64,000 nucleotides of DNA from an uncultured Candidatus Saccharibacteria bacterium (GCA_964641225.1 CAZXKC010000002.1:52893-116892); one strand, 5' to 3'; positions 36,531-46,498 are shown, counted from the stretch's first letter. Numbers and translations: made by a program. Notes: a model not told the origin generated them from the letters alone.

Positions 36531-39500
36531 TTAGGCAATTTCTTTTACCTGATCGCAGACCAGTGAGGTCTCGCCATTCCTAAAGTTGAGTTTGCCGATA
36601 CATACAATAATTGCACCCTCTTTAAAGCAGGTTTGATTCTTCGTAAATATTTCTGAGAAGACGACCACCTCAACCGTACCTGAGTGGTCCTCGAGTTTTG
36701 CAAAACACATCGGCTTACCGGTTTTGGTAATAATCGATTTTACGGAATTGATCATGCCGCAGACGCGATAATTTTTAACCGTTGAGCGCTCAACGAGCAT
36801 GTCTTTAATCTTCGTTGGTTTCATTGTTTCAATCTGAGCCGCCGCTACGGTCAGCGGGTGATTGGAGACATAGAGTCCGAGTAATTCTTTTTCCCAGGCT
36901 AATTTTTCTTTATTCGTTGCCTCGGTTGCCGGTTTTAGTTGCAGCGCCTTTGACGCAGCTTTTGAGGTAAACGCATTACCGAATAAGTCGGCGGTTTGCG
37001 GAGCGGCGATTTTACGTGCTGCTTGGGCATATTTTGTGATGTCGTCGATATTAGCGAGCAGGGTATTGCGATCTATCGTAAATCCATCGAGCGCTCCGCA
37101 TTTAATCAGCGACTCAAGCGATTTTTTATTTAAATCTTTGTGTTGTACGCGCGTGAGTAATTCATTGAAGGTTGCAAACTCACCGCCGCGGCTGCGTTCC
37201 TCGATAATTGCTTTAACGATATTGGTGCCAACATTTTTAACCGCCTCAAGACCAAAGCGGACGTTGATTCCTTCTGGTGCAAATGCGGAGGAGCTTTTGT
37301 TGATATCCGGAGGTAAGACCTGCACGCCAGATTTTTTCGCCTCGCTGATCAAGAAAGAGATGCGTTCAATGTCTGAACTTTCTGAATTGAGCAGTGCGGT
37401 TATAAATTCCGTCGGATAATGCGTCTTTAAGTAGGCCGTTCGGTAGGCGATCATCGCGTAACAGGCGGCGTGAGAGCGGTTAAAACCGTAGCGGGCAAAC
37501 GGCGGGAAGAGTTCCCAGATAATGCGGGCGGTGCGTTCTGGAATTCCATTTTTTACCAAGCCGGCAATTAATTTTGCCTCTTGCTCATCAAGCAGTTTTT
37601 TAATTTTTTTACCGATCGCTTTTCGGAGCGTATCAGCCTCTGCGAGCGAGTAGCCGGCCAAATCTGAGGCAATCCGCATCATCTGCTCTTGGTAAATACC
37701 AATGCCGTAGGTTTTTTTCATGATCGGCTCGAGCTTTGGGTGTTGATAGGTTACCTGCTCTTTGCCGTATTTACGATTAATATACGATGGAATCAGTTCC
37801 ATTGGGCCTGGGCGGTAGAGCGCCACCATCGCGATAATGTCCTCGAGCTCGGTTGGCTTTAACTCCTTTAAATAGCGACGCATGCCGCCGGATTCTAACT
37901 GGAATACACCCACGGTGTCGGCGCGCTGGAACAGCTCAAAGGTTGCCTTGTCGTTAAGCGGCAACTTGCTCATATCAATCAGATCTCCGGTTTTTTCTTG
38001 AACGAGTCGGATCGTGTTTTCGATGATCGTCAGGTTTTTGAGTCCCAAGATATCCATTTTGAGCAGACCAAGATCCTCGATTGCATGCATTTCAAATTGA
38101 GTCAGGGTCACGTTTTCATCTTGCGGCGCATGCTGAAGCGGTACGCGTAGTGGTAGCGGTTGTGCGGCAATCACGGTACCACAGGCGTGGACTGAGGCAT
38201 GGCGTGCAACGCCCTCGAGCTTTCGAGCCGCATCGATTAACTTTTTTGCGCGCTCATCGCTTTTATAAATCTGCGCAAGTTCATCGACTTCGGCGAGTGC
38301 CTCATCTAAATCTTTGTTAAACGGAATTAATTTTGCCAGGCGATCGCAAAATGCTAATTCAATATCGAGTGCGCGGCCGACGTCACGAATCGAAGCGCGC
38401 GCCGCCATAGTTCCAAACGTAATAATATGTGCGACACGATCTTTGCCGTATTTTTCCTCCAGATAACTAAAGACCTCGTCACGGCGGACGTCGGTGATAT
38501 CTACGTCGATATCTGGCATTTGAATACGCTCCGGGTTAAGGAAGCGCTCAAAGAGCAGTTCGTAGTGAATCGGGTCAAGATCGGTGATGCGTAATATGTA
38601 AGAAATAATTGATCCGGCGGCAGAACCACGGCCAGGGCCGACAACGACGCCGCGGTCTTTTGCCCAGTTAATAAAATCTTGGACGATCAAAAAGTAATCG
38701 GCAAAACCGGTTTTTTCGATAATACCCAGCTCATATTCAATACGGGTTTTCGTAATCTCATCGACAACCGGATAGCGGTCAGGCGTGCGTTCTTTAACGA
38801 GCTGACGAAGATATGCCTTAGAATCACTGCCGTCCGGTGTATCAAATTTTGGCAGCAGAATTTTTCCCAGCTCTAGTTTAAAGTTACAGGCCTCGGCGAT
38901 TTTTGCGGTGTTTTGAATTGATTCGGGCAGATCAGAAAACGTGTATTCCATCTGCAGGCCGCTCATCACTGAAAAATCATCGGTGAGCGTGAATTTTTTC
39001 GGATCATTTACTTTTTTGCCGGTCTGAATTGCCAGCAAAATATCGTGCACGTCTTTATCTTCGCTGGTTAAATAATGACTGTCTTGAGTGGCAACCAGGG
39101 GAGCGCCGGTCTTTTTAGAAAGTGCGACGAGGTGCGGATTAATCTTTTCAATATCCGGAATTTTCGGGTGGCGACCGATTTCAATATAATAATTTTCTGC
39201 GCCAAAAATATCCTGATACTCGCGGATAACTTTTTCAGCCTGGACGAGATCGTTTTTGAGTGTGGCCTGTGCTAGCTCGCCGCCCAAACAGGCCGAGGTG
39301 GCTATAAGCCCTTCGTGGTGCTTTCGCAGCATGGCTTTGTCCATACGCGGCTTATAATAGAAGCCGTGCAGCCAGCTTTCGGTAACTAATTGCAGTAGAT
39401 TTTTCCAGCCGGCTTCATTTTTGACTAATAAGATGAGGTGATAGTATCGTTCCTCGCCGTTGGTGCCTGTACTGGTTTTGTCTGTGTGATCGCCCGGCGC

Positions 39501-39719
39501 AATATAGGCCTCAACGCCCATGATGGGTTTGATGCCGGCCTTTGTGCATTCTTGATAAAATTCAACGGCGCCGTATAAATTGCCGTGGTCGGTGATCGCC
39601 AGCGAGGTCATGCCGAGCGCTTTTGCTCGGGCAACTAAATCAGGTATTTTACTCATCCCGTCGAGTAGGGAGTAGTGGGTATGAGTATGAAGGTGTACAA
39701 ATTGAGAGGTGTCTGCCAT
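36531..39719 (-). CDS. dnaE: DNA polymerase III alpha subunit
   Basis: PHP domain VHLHTHTHYSLLDG. 1062 aa. Confidence 0.9.
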   Translation of the reverse strand: MADTSQFVHLHTHTHYSLLDGMSKIPDLVARAKALGMTSLAITDHGNLYGAVEFYQECTKAGIKPIMGVEAYIAPGDHTDKTSTGTNGEERYYHLILLVKNEAGWKNLLQLVTESWLHGFYYKPRMDKAMLRKHHEGLIATSACLGGELAQATLKNDLVQAEKVIREYQDIFGAENYYIEIGRHPKIPDIEKINPHLVALSKKTGAPLVATQDSHYLTSEDKDVHDILLAIQTGKKVNDPKKFTLTDDFSVMSGLQMEYTFSDLPESIQNTAKIAEACNFKLELGKILLPKFDTPDGSDSKAYLRQLVKERTPDRYPVVDEITKTRIEYELGIIEKTGFADYFLIVQDFINWAKDRGVVVGPGRGSAAGSIISYILRITDLDPIHYELLFERFLNPERIQMPDIDVDITDVRRDEVFSYLEEKYGKDRVAHIITFGTMAARASIRDVGRALDIELAFCDRLAKLIPFNKDLDEALAEVDELAQIYKSDERAKKLIDAARKLEGVARHASVHACGTVIAAQPLPLRVPLQHAPQDENVTLTQFEMHAIEDLGLLKMDILGLKNLTIIENTIRLVQEKTGDLIDMSKLPLNDKATFELFQRADTVGVFQLESGGMRRYLKELKPTELEDIIAMVALYRPGPMELIPSYINRKYGKEQVTYQHPKLEPIMKKTYGIGIYQEQMMRIASDLAGYSLAEADTLRKAIGKKIKKLLDEQEAKLIAGLVKNGIPERTARIIWELFPPFARYGFNRSHAACYAMIAYRTAYLKTHYPTEFITALLNSESSDIERISFLISEAKKSGVQVLPPDINKSSSAFAPEGINVRFGLEAVKNVGTNIVKAIIEERSRGGEFATFNELLTRVQHKDLNKKSLESLIKCGALDGFTIDRNTLLANIDDITKYAQAARKIAAPQTADLFGNAFTSKAASKALQLKPATEATNKEKLAWEKELLGLYVSNHPLTVAAAQIETMKPTKIKDMLVERSTVKNYRVCGMINSVKSIITKTGKPMCFAKLEDHSGTVEVVVFSEIFTKNQTCFKEGAIIVCIGKLNFRNGETSLVCDQVKEIA

Positions 39720-39834
39720 ACATTTATTTTTAGCTTTTCGTGTGTATCACGAGAAACTAACAGCTGTAGTATAACGTACGGATTGCTGTAACACAACCGC
39801 CGGTTACTGCGTCTTACTGATAGATATCCTGCCT

Positions 39835-41247
39835 ATGAATTATCTTAAATTTATTAGTTTTTCTATCCTTGCGGGATTAGTTGTACCCGCAGTTGCCGTC
39901 GCGCAAATGTACTCAGGCTCAATCAGCGGAGGTATGTTTACGTCTACCGTAGTTACTCCATCATTTGATAGCAATCACGCCGACGATATTCTCACGCAGA
40001 TCAATAATTTCACAATTCAGGCGATTAATTACAATCAATCGGGCGGCTCTGCCGTAATAACTGCAACTGGGGAGGTGCAGGTTCAGTGTTTTGCCTATCC
40101 GTGTTACCCGCAGACGAATACCTATTATATCCGCACATTTTCTACGACGAGTTTTCTCTTAAAAAATCGCGCATGGGCAACGCTTAGTGCGCTTGCCGTC
40201 GGCGATCGCATCAATGCTTATGGATACCTCGATCGCGATGATCAGGTGATGGACGCACTGATTGTGCGTGACTTAGATAAACCTGCTGTCGCCCAGTATG
40301 TACAGATCGATAACGTTCAGGTGCAGAACGTACCCGGCCCGTATGCGCCAACCAGTTTTACGGTATCGGAAAACACTCAGTATTGTCCGTATCAATTTTT
40401 TGGCGGCGTCTGTCCATTTACGACGGGCAACAGTCGCACATATCAAATCCAGGTTAGTTTTTCAACAACGTTGCTCTACGCAAATCGCACCGCAATGCCG
40501 CTGCCAGAGATACGAGCAGGCGATAGAGTAAATGTATACGGAGTATTGAATCCCACCACAAACACCGTTGATGCAACGGTGATCCGAAATCTTTCGCGCG
40601 ACGGAAATATTTTTACGCCGCCTCCTATGAGTACCAATCAGGCGCCGGTGATAACCTCGGTCAGTGGGCCAAATTTTTTACCGCTCGGTCAGAACGGAAC
40701 ATGGACAATTAGCGCCTATGATCCAGATACTACGCAGCTTACGTATTATGTACGATGGGGCGATGAGCTGTATGGATATGGCAATAATGCAGCGGCTGTT
40801 CCGCAGCTACTTACTCAGACCGGCACCTTTACTCATGCGTATGCTATGGCTGGAACATATACTGTTACGTTTACCGTCGCTGATCAGTACGGAAAACAAG
40901 CAACCTCGACGCTGACGGTAACCGTTAGTGGTAGCGGGCAAATTTCAGTGCCGCAATTAAATCAACTTTCGCCAATTTACGGCCCCGTCGGAAGCTATGT
41001 TACTGTTTATGGTTCTGGGTTTGCCTCGACGGGCAACATTGTTTATTTCGGATCGGGCGCGATTACCGGCGTAAGCTCGTATGACGGGAAAGCGCTCAGT
41101 TTTTTGGCGCCTCAATACCTGAGCCCGTACTGCGCTCCGGGCATGTACTGTGCGCAATATGTTGTAAACGTTACGCCGGGAACATATGAGGTCTCAATTG
41201 ATAACGGATTTAGTAGAAGTAATGTGGTGACGTTTGGGGTGCAGTAG
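39835..41247 (+). CDS. Secreted protein with a duplicated N-terminal domain, a PKD-like domain and an IPT/TIG-like C-terminus
   Basis: Signal peptide. Internal duplication (…VGDRINAYGYL… versus …AGDRVNVYGVL…). PKD-like TYYVRWGDELYGYG…GTYTVTFTVADQYG. C-terminal GPVGSYVTVYGSGF. Confidence 0.55.
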   Translation: MNYLKFISFSILAGLVVPAVAVAQMYSGSISGGMFTSTVVTPSFDSNHADDILTQINNFTIQAINYNQSGGSAVITATGEVQVQCFAYPCYPQTNTYYIRTFSTTSFLLKNRAWATLSALAVGDRINAYGYLDRDDQVMDALIVRDLDKPAVAQYVQIDNVQVQNVPGPYAPTSFTVSENTQYCPYQFFGGVCPFTTGNSRTYQIQVSFSTTLLYANRTAMPLPEIRAGDRVNVYGVLNPTTNTVDATVIRNLSRDGNIFTPPPMSTNQAPVITSVSGPNFLPLGQNGTWTISAYDPDTTQLTYYVRWGDELYGYGNNAAAVPQLLTQTGTFTHAYAMAGTYTVTFTVADQYGKQATSTLTVTVSGSGQISVPQLNQLSPIYGPVGSYVTVYGSGFASTGNIVYFGSGAITGVSSYDGKALSFLAPQYLSPYCAPGMYCAQYVVNVTPGTYEVSIDNGFSRSNVVTFGVQ

Positions 41248-41262
41248 AAAGAAGATTTTTAT

Positions 41263-41300
41263 CCGGGCGGCGCACAAGCGCCGCCCGGTTGCTTTTTGAC
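41263..41300 (+). terminator. Rho-independent terminator (ccgggcggc…gccgcccgg family)
   Basis: ccgggcggcgcacaagcgccgcccgg followed by ttgcttttt. Confidence 0.6.
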
Positions 41301-41384
41301 TTTGCCTCATGAAAATCGTTAGAATACTAGCATCCCGGTACGAATGCATGGCGCGTTCGATTAGGGGTAGGGGGGGTAGCGAAG

Positions 41385-41525
41385 ATGACTAAGGGGCAGC
41401 TGCGCGATATCGGTTCGATCGCCGGTATTGTTCTTTTCTCCGGAGCGATCCTGTTCGCCGTCGCGATGGCCATTAGCTCGTGCGGTTCGAGCAGTGTGCA
41501 AACGAAGATCGCCGCCAGTAAGTGA
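41385..41525 (+). CDS. 46-aa single-TM peptide on a GC-rich island
   Basis: RBS ggggggtagcgaagATG. MTKGQLRDIGSIAGIVLFSGAILFAVAMAISSCGSSSVQTKIAASK*. Not in the ORF track (<60 aa). Confidence 0.35.
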   Translation: MTKGQLRDIGSIAGIVLFSGAILFAVAMAISSCGSSSVQTKIAASK

Positions 41526-41560
41526 TCGTTGTGTAAGTTCGACAATCACCGCATCAGTCT

Positions 41561-41598
41561 GGGGCGGCGCCCACGCGCGCCGCCCCGACAGAGATTTT
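41561..41598 (+). terminator. GC hairpin terminator, first copy of a duplicated terminator motif
   Basis: ggggcggcgcccacgcgcgccgcccc followed by gacagagattttt. Confidence 0.5.
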
Positions 41599-41698
41599 TA
41601 TATTGTTGCCTCGCCAGATTGGCGGTTTTAATAAAAAATTGTTAGGGTAAGGATGTCTGCGGGAGGTTGTTCCCGTGGCAGGCAACAAGGAGAGAATC

Positions 41699-42181
41699 AT
41701 GAAGCGACCTTTGTCGAAGGGGATGCGTACGGCGATCATCGGATTGGCGTCGATGTGTATGCTCTTCGGACTCGCACTCGGACTTGCGATCGGGCTCGGT
41801 CATCCGGCGCAGGCGCAGGAGGCGCCGCAGATGGTCCGTGTCGGCACGAAGGTGCCGGACGAGTTCCTTCTCAATCGCCACACTCTCGCGGGGGTCATCG
41901 AAGCGGCTACAAAGAGCAACGAATTCGTGATGTGCTCTATGAGCCCGGGATCGGTGTGGTTCCATGACGGAGAGCTGTATGTCTGGGATGGGCCTGGGAC
42001 GACCGTAGAGCTGGGAGAGACTTTGAGCGTTCCTGTCGAGGTGGGTCCGAAGGGAGAGCTTCAACTCTACATCCGGCGTTCCCGTCCGACGGTCTGGTAT
42101 CGCGACCAGAGTTACAATCCCTTACAGAAGAAGGCCATGAAGGTGACGCAGATCATCGTCGTGGAAGACGGCAGGAAGTAG
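41699..42181 (+). CDS. Hypothetical secreted protein on a GC-rich island
   Basis: RBS aaggagagaatcATG. Signal peptide MKRPLSKGMRTAIIGLASMCMLFGLALGLAIGLGHPAQA. The mature part is beta-rich and matches no motif I recognise. Confidence 0.55.
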   Translation: MKRPLSKGMRTAIIGLASMCMLFGLALGLAIGLGHPAQAQEAPQMVRVGTKVPDEFLLNRHTLAGVIEAATKSNEFVMCSMSPGSVWFHDGELYVWDGPGTTVELGETLSVPVEVGPKGELQLYIRRSRPTVWYRDQSYNPLQKKAMKVTQIIVVEDGRK

Positions 42182-42210
42182 CTCGCCGCAAGGCGAGTCG
42201 CGGTCTGATC

Positions 42211-42248
42211 GGGGCGGTGTGCAACCGCCGCCCCGACAGAGAGAATAA
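42211..42248 (+). terminator. GC hairpin terminator, second copy, sharing the ccgccccgacagaga tail
   Basis: ggggcggtgtgcaaccgccgcccc followed by gacagagagaataattt. Confidence 0.5.
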
Positions 42249-42314
42249 TTTGCGCATTTTTTAATAATCTGGTATTCTCTTTTTCATTACTAACTGCTAC
42301 CAATCACTTGTACT

Positions 42315-42470
42315 ATGGGTTCACTACCTCCCAAACATCCTACCAGCGGTAAAGTTCGCCGCCGCCGCAGTCACTTGGCCTTAAAGCCGCTTAATATTGT
42401 TGCTGATAAGGACACAAAGATGCCGACCTTCCCGCACAAAATTATCCCAAAGAAGTGGACCGCAAAATAA
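42315..42470 (+). CDS. rpmF: 50S ribosomal protein L32 (missed by the 60-aa ORF track)
   Basis: MGSLPPKHPTSGKVRRRRSHLALKPLNIVADKDTKMPTFPHKIIPKKWTAK* fits the bL32 pattern (PK+KTS+S+R.RR.H). A terminator aaaaacggagctcatggctccgtttt follows. Confidence 0.65.
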   Translation: MGSLPPKHPTSGKVRRRRSHLALKPLNIVADKDTKMPTFPHKIIPKKWTAK

Positions 42471-42526
42471 GAACTTAAAAACGGAGCTCATGGCTCCGTT
42501 TTCGGTTTTCATATACTATATAGAAC

Positions 42527-42958
42527 ATGGCTTCACGACAGCTCGCACGCTCAATAGTCCTGCAATCCCTCTATGAATGGGATTTTTATGCTCAAAAAAG
42601 TGGACTCGACGAAATAATCGAGCGCAACACAGCAGAGTTTGGTCCGGGTCTTGAAAAAGAAAAGGAATTTATTTCAAAGCTCGCGCACGGCATCGTGGAG
42701 CATATGACTGAGCTCGACAAAATGATTGTTGAGGCTGCACCTGAGTGGCCGATTGAACAGATCGCGGTAATCGATAGAAATGCGCTACGTATTGGACTTT
42801 ATGAATTAAAGTATTCAGATAGGAAGGAGGTGCCGGCGCCGGTTGCCATTGATGAGGCGATCGAGATAGCAAAAAATTACGGCGGTCCGAATTCCGGTAA
42901 GTTTATCAATGGCGTTCTCGGAACGGTCTATCACGCAATGCAAGCAAAAGAAAAATAA
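42527..42958 (+). CDS. nusB: Transcription antitermination factor NusB
   Basis: [20 protein letters not shown]… gives a NusB-fold N-terminus. 143 aa. Confidence 0.8.
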   Translation: MASRQLARSIVLQSLYEWDFYAQKSGLDEIIERNTAEFGPGLEKEKEFISKLAHGIVEHMTELDKMIVEAAPEWPIEQIAVIDRNALRIGLYELKYSDRKEVPAPVAIDEAIEIAKNYGGPNSGKFINGVLGTVYHAMQAKEK

Positions 42959-42961
42959 TCT

Positions 42962-43651
42962 ATGAAAGGCGTTAAACTACAAGAAACAATTAAATACGAA
43001 TTTAAAAACGAGGCACTGCTTAATGAGGCGCTCACGCACCGTTCGTATTTAAATGAGCATCCGGAGTGGAAGTTGCCGCACAATGAGCGGCTTGAATTTT
43101 TGGGTGATGCGGTACTCGAACTCGTCGTAACTGAAGAGTTGTTTAATCGTTATCCCGAGAAAGAAGAGGGCTGGATGACCTCGGTGCGCGCTGCGCTGGT
43201 CAACTACGTTACGCTCGCTGACGTTGCGCGCGGCGTTGGCATTGATGGAGCTGTTCTACTTTCGCGTGGTGAGTCAAAAGATGCCGGCCGCGCTCGCGAG
43301 GTAATCTTGGCAAACGCACTTGAATCGTTAATCGGCGCTGTGTATCAAGATGGCGGCTACAACGCGGCTAAAAAGTTTATTAATAGCTGCATCACCAGTC
43401 GGCTTGAAGAGGTAATTCGTAAAGAGTTGCACGTTGATGCTAAGAGTCTACTGCAAGAGAAAGTCCAGGCATCGCTGAAAGTTACGCCGGTCTACAAAGT
43501 ACTTGAAAGTGTTGGACCAGATCATAAGAAACAATTTACCATCGGTGTATATTTTGGCGACAAGTTGATTGCGCAGGGAAGTGGTCCGAGCAAACAAGAC
43601 GGCGAGGTTGATGCGGCAAAGAAGGCGCTAGAGACAATGAGTACAAAGTGA
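42962..43651 (+). CDS. rnc: Ribonuclease III
   Basis: RNase III signature ERLEFLGDAVLELVV and a C-terminal dsRBD. Confidence 0.9.
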   Translation: MKGVKLQETIKYEFKNEALLNEALTHRSYLNEHPEWKLPHNERLEFLGDAVLELVVTEELFNRYPEKEEGWMTSVRAALVNYVTLADVARGVGIDGAVLLSRGESKDAGRAREVILANALESLIGAVYQDGGYNAAKKFINSCITSRLEEVIRKELHVDAKSLLQEKVQASLKVTPVYKVLESVGPDHKKQFTIGVYFGDKLIAQGSGPSKQDGEVDAAKKALETMSTK

Positions 43652-43804
43652 TATATGCGTGTTCCTCCTATATTGCCAATACCAATGCTGATCAAGCGGC
43701 CTTGGCTTTGTTTTTTCTTAGGAATCATCTCCTTAGCAATCGCGTTATATTTCGGAATTTTGAAGGGGTAGCTTACTGGTCGTAGGTTTAGTACAATATA
43801 AGAG

Positions 43805-46006
43805 ATGTATTTAAAGCGCCTAGAGCTGCTCGGTTTTAAATCGTTTGCAAATAAAACAACGCTGGAATTTCCCAGTGGCGTTACTGCCATTGTTGGACCA
43901 AACGGCAGCGGTAAGTCAAACGTGATCGATGCACTGCGCTGGATTTTGGGCGAAAGTTCAGCGAAAAATATCCGTGCCGAGAAAAGCGAAAATTTACTGT
44001 ATTCCGGAACGCTGACCAGGCCTCGTTCTAGCTTTGCCGAGGTAAAAATTACGTTTGATAACAGCACGCACTTTTTCCCCGTTGATTACACGGAGGTCGC
44101 AATTCGCCGGCGTGTGACGCGCGATGGAACTTCAGCCTATTTTATCAACGACGGCGAGGTACGCATGCGCGATATCGTCGACTTTTTTTCAAAAGTTCGT
44201 CTTGGCACCAAAGGTTTTTCGATTATCAATCAAGGCAACGCCGATTTATTTATTAAAGCCTCGCCGATTGAGCGCCGTGTGATGCTTGAAGAGGTGCTTG
44301 GGCTCCGGCAGTACCAGATCAAGCGGCATGATGCAGAAAATAAACTTGAGGCGACAAAGGTAAATCTTGATAAGGCAAAGGCGCTGATAGAAGAGTTATT
44401 GCCGTCGTTGCGTATTTTGCGCAGACAGGCCGGTAGATTTGAAAAGCATGACCAGGTAAAGGCCGAACTTGCTCAGTTTGAAGGCTTATATTTTGGAGCC
44501 AAATTATTTGAACTCAAAATAGATGAAGAAAAGATCGCCCCACAGGTGGCACTGCTTGATGAGCAGCTTGCCGGGAAAGAAAAGGAGCTTGCTGGTCTGC
44601 GCGAAGAGCTTGCAACCGTCGAAAAGCGTCAACCGTCGCCCGGCGCCAGCGATGCTCGGTATGATGAGTTTAAACATAAACAAACCGAATTACTGAATCG
44701 TCGCGGGCAGATTCAAAAAGAATTAGGTCGTCTTGAGGCGGAGATTGAATTTTTGTTGTCTCGACCAAAGGCAAGCGTAAAGGAGGCCGAGCTGCTTGCG
44801 GTGGTTAAGGATGCAAAAGAGGCGGTTGCGAAGGCGCTTTCGGCCGATGATCTGAGCGCTATTAAAACCTTGCTTGCAGCGCTTGCTGAAAAGATTGAAG
44901 GCGTGCTTGACGGAGGCAGTCGCGAAGCAAAAAATCGCCATGACGAACTCTCTGGAGTCAGGAAACAACTTTCTGTAGATCTTGAGCAGCTAGAAAAGCA
45001 TTTGCAGGAGCTTGGCACCATGGAAAATAAGCTCGCCGGCGAGATGCGGCAATTTAACGTTATTTTTAAAGCCGCCTTTGAAAAGGTGCAGGCCAAGCAA
45101 AATGAAATTAATGCACTCGAGACTCAAAAGAGTCGCCTGCAATTTGAACGCGAAAAAATAACTATGCGTCGCGGCGAACTCGAGCACCAGGCAAAGCAAT
45201 CTGGTCGTAGTCTTGCTGATTTTACCGTGCAGCAGTCACAGGAGGTTGGTCTGGCAGACGCAGAGCGCAAAATGCTGCGCCTACGCGGTGAGCTCGCTGC
45301 AATCGGCGATATTGATCCGGCGATGATCGCTCAGGCAAAGCAGATGGAGGAGCGCTACGCATTTTTAGAGCAGCAGATAACAGACCTTGAAAAGGCAGGC
45401 ATTGATCTTAAAAAATTGATTACCGATCTTAAAAAGAAACTGCACGAAGAATTTACGAAGTCTCTCCATAAGGTAAACGATGAGTTTAATAATTATTTCC
45501 GTTTAATGTTTAGCGGCGGCAAGGCAAAATTGCATTTGGAGAAGAAAGAAAAGAAAGAGGTATTAGAGGGAATAGAGGACGATAGAGGTACTAGCGCGGC
45601 TGATGCCGCAGCGACATCAGCCGCGCAGGAGCAGGAACCGGAAGAGGCCGGCTTGGAAATCGAACTTGCCATCCCGCGTAAGAATATTAAGGGTCTTGAT
45701 TTGCTTTCAGGGGGCGAACGTAGCCTGGTTTCAATCGCCGTATTATTCGCGCTCGTCGCAGTTTCTCCGCCGCCATTTTTGGTGCTCGACGAGGTAGATG
45801 CGGCACTGGACGAAAATAACACCAAGCGGTTTGCGAACTTGGTTGAAAACTTTGGCGGCAAAACACAGTTTGTGATTGTTACCCACAACCGCGCAACGAT
45901 GAGTGCTGCGAATGTTTTGTACGGCGTCACCATGGCTGCCGACGGAACAAGTAAATTGCTTTCGATCAAATTAGAGGAGGCGGAAAAGGTAGTCCAAAAA
46001 ATGTAG
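43805..46006 (+). CDS. smc: SMC-family chromosome segregation ATPase, unusually short (733 aa)
   Basis: N-terminus MYLKRLELLGFKSFANKTTLEFPSGVTAIVGPNGSGKSNVIDALRWILGE (Walker A). Coiled coils. C-terminus LSGGERSLVSIAVLFAL…FLVLDEVDAALD (ABC signature plus Walker B). Confidence 0.8.
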   Translation: MYLKRLELLGFKSFANKTTLEFPSGVTAIVGPNGSGKSNVIDALRWILGESSAKNIRAEKSENLLYSGTLTRPRSSFAEVKITFDNSTHFFPVDYTEVAIRRRVTRDGTSAYFINDGEVRMRDIVDFFSKVRLGTKGFSIINQGNADLFIKASPIERRVMLEEVLGLRQYQIKRHDAENKLEATKVNLDKAKALIEELLPSLRILRRQAGRFEKHDQVKAELAQFEGLYFGAKLFELKIDEEKIAPQVALLDEQLAGKEKELAGLREELATVEKRQPSPGASDARYDEFKHKQTELLNRRGQIQKELGRLEAEIEFLLSRPKASVKEAELLAVVKDAKEAVAKALSADDLSAIKTLLAALAEKIEGVLDGGSREAKNRHDELSGVRKQLSVDLEQLEKHLQELGTMENKLAGEMRQFNVIFKAAFEKVQAKQNEINALETQKSRLQFEREKITMRRGELEHQAKQSGRSLADFTVQQSQEVGLADAERKMLRLRGELAAIGDIDPAMIAQAKQMEERYAFLEQQITDLEKAGIDLKKLITDLKKKLHEEFTKSLHKVNDEFNNYFRLMFSGGKAKLHLEKKEKKEVLEGIEDDRGTSAADAAATSAAQEQEPEEAGLEIELAIPRKNIKGLDLLSGGERSLVSIAVLFALVAVSPPPFLVLDEVDAALDENNTKRFANLVENFGGKTQFVIVTHNRATMSAANVLYGVTMAADGTSKLLSIKLEEAEKVVQKM

Positions 46007-46007
46007 T

Positions 46008-46358
46008 ATGACCTTCGAGAATTCTTTAGAGCCATTTGATGAAGCGCCAGTACGCCGTTCTATGGAGCTTGCAAGCCAGAAGTGCGCTGAAGCGCTGGAT
46101 TCGTTGGCTCTTTATAAAAAGATGCTCAATGCAAAGACGTTGGAAGCATCGCAAGAGGCTCTTGTGGCATTTCAGAGCCAATTAATAGTAGCAGGCGTTG
46201 AATTGGCGACGGCCGAAGAAGATATTCGGATAGCACAAGAGAATGGAGAAAATGTTACCCAAGATCTTATTAAGCTTGTGGAGGATCAACGCAGAGAAAT
46301 TATGGAGTTAGAAGAGGCTTTTGTCGTGATTACTATGGATAGATCTAATAAGCAGTAG
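46008..46358 (+). CDS. Hypothetical acidic coiled-coil protein, start-stop coupled to smc
   Basis: 116 aa. Its ATG lies 2 bp after the smc stop. No recognisable motif. Confidence 0.5.
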   Translation: MTFENSLEPFDEAPVRRSMELASQKCAEALDSLALYKKMLNAKTLEASQEALVAFQSQLIVAGVELATAEEDIRIAQENGENVTQDLIKLVEDQRREIMELEEAFVVITMDRSNKQ

Positions 46359-46373
46359 TTTGATAAGCCGCAT

Positions 46374-46401
46374 TGACAGGAAGTTATTTTTCGCGTATTA
46401 T
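46374..46401 (+). promoter_or_regulatory. Sigma70-type promoter upstream of rpsP
   Basis: TTGACA, then 17 nt, then TATTAT. Downstream lies the direct repeat ttcataattcg-ttattcataattcg. Confidence 0.5.
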
Positions 46402-46498
46402 TTCTCGCATTGCTGATGTTGCTGTGCGGGCCTCCCCGCGCTGCTAGAGCGATGTCTGCAACGCTTAATTCATAATTCGTTATTCATAATTCGATCCA

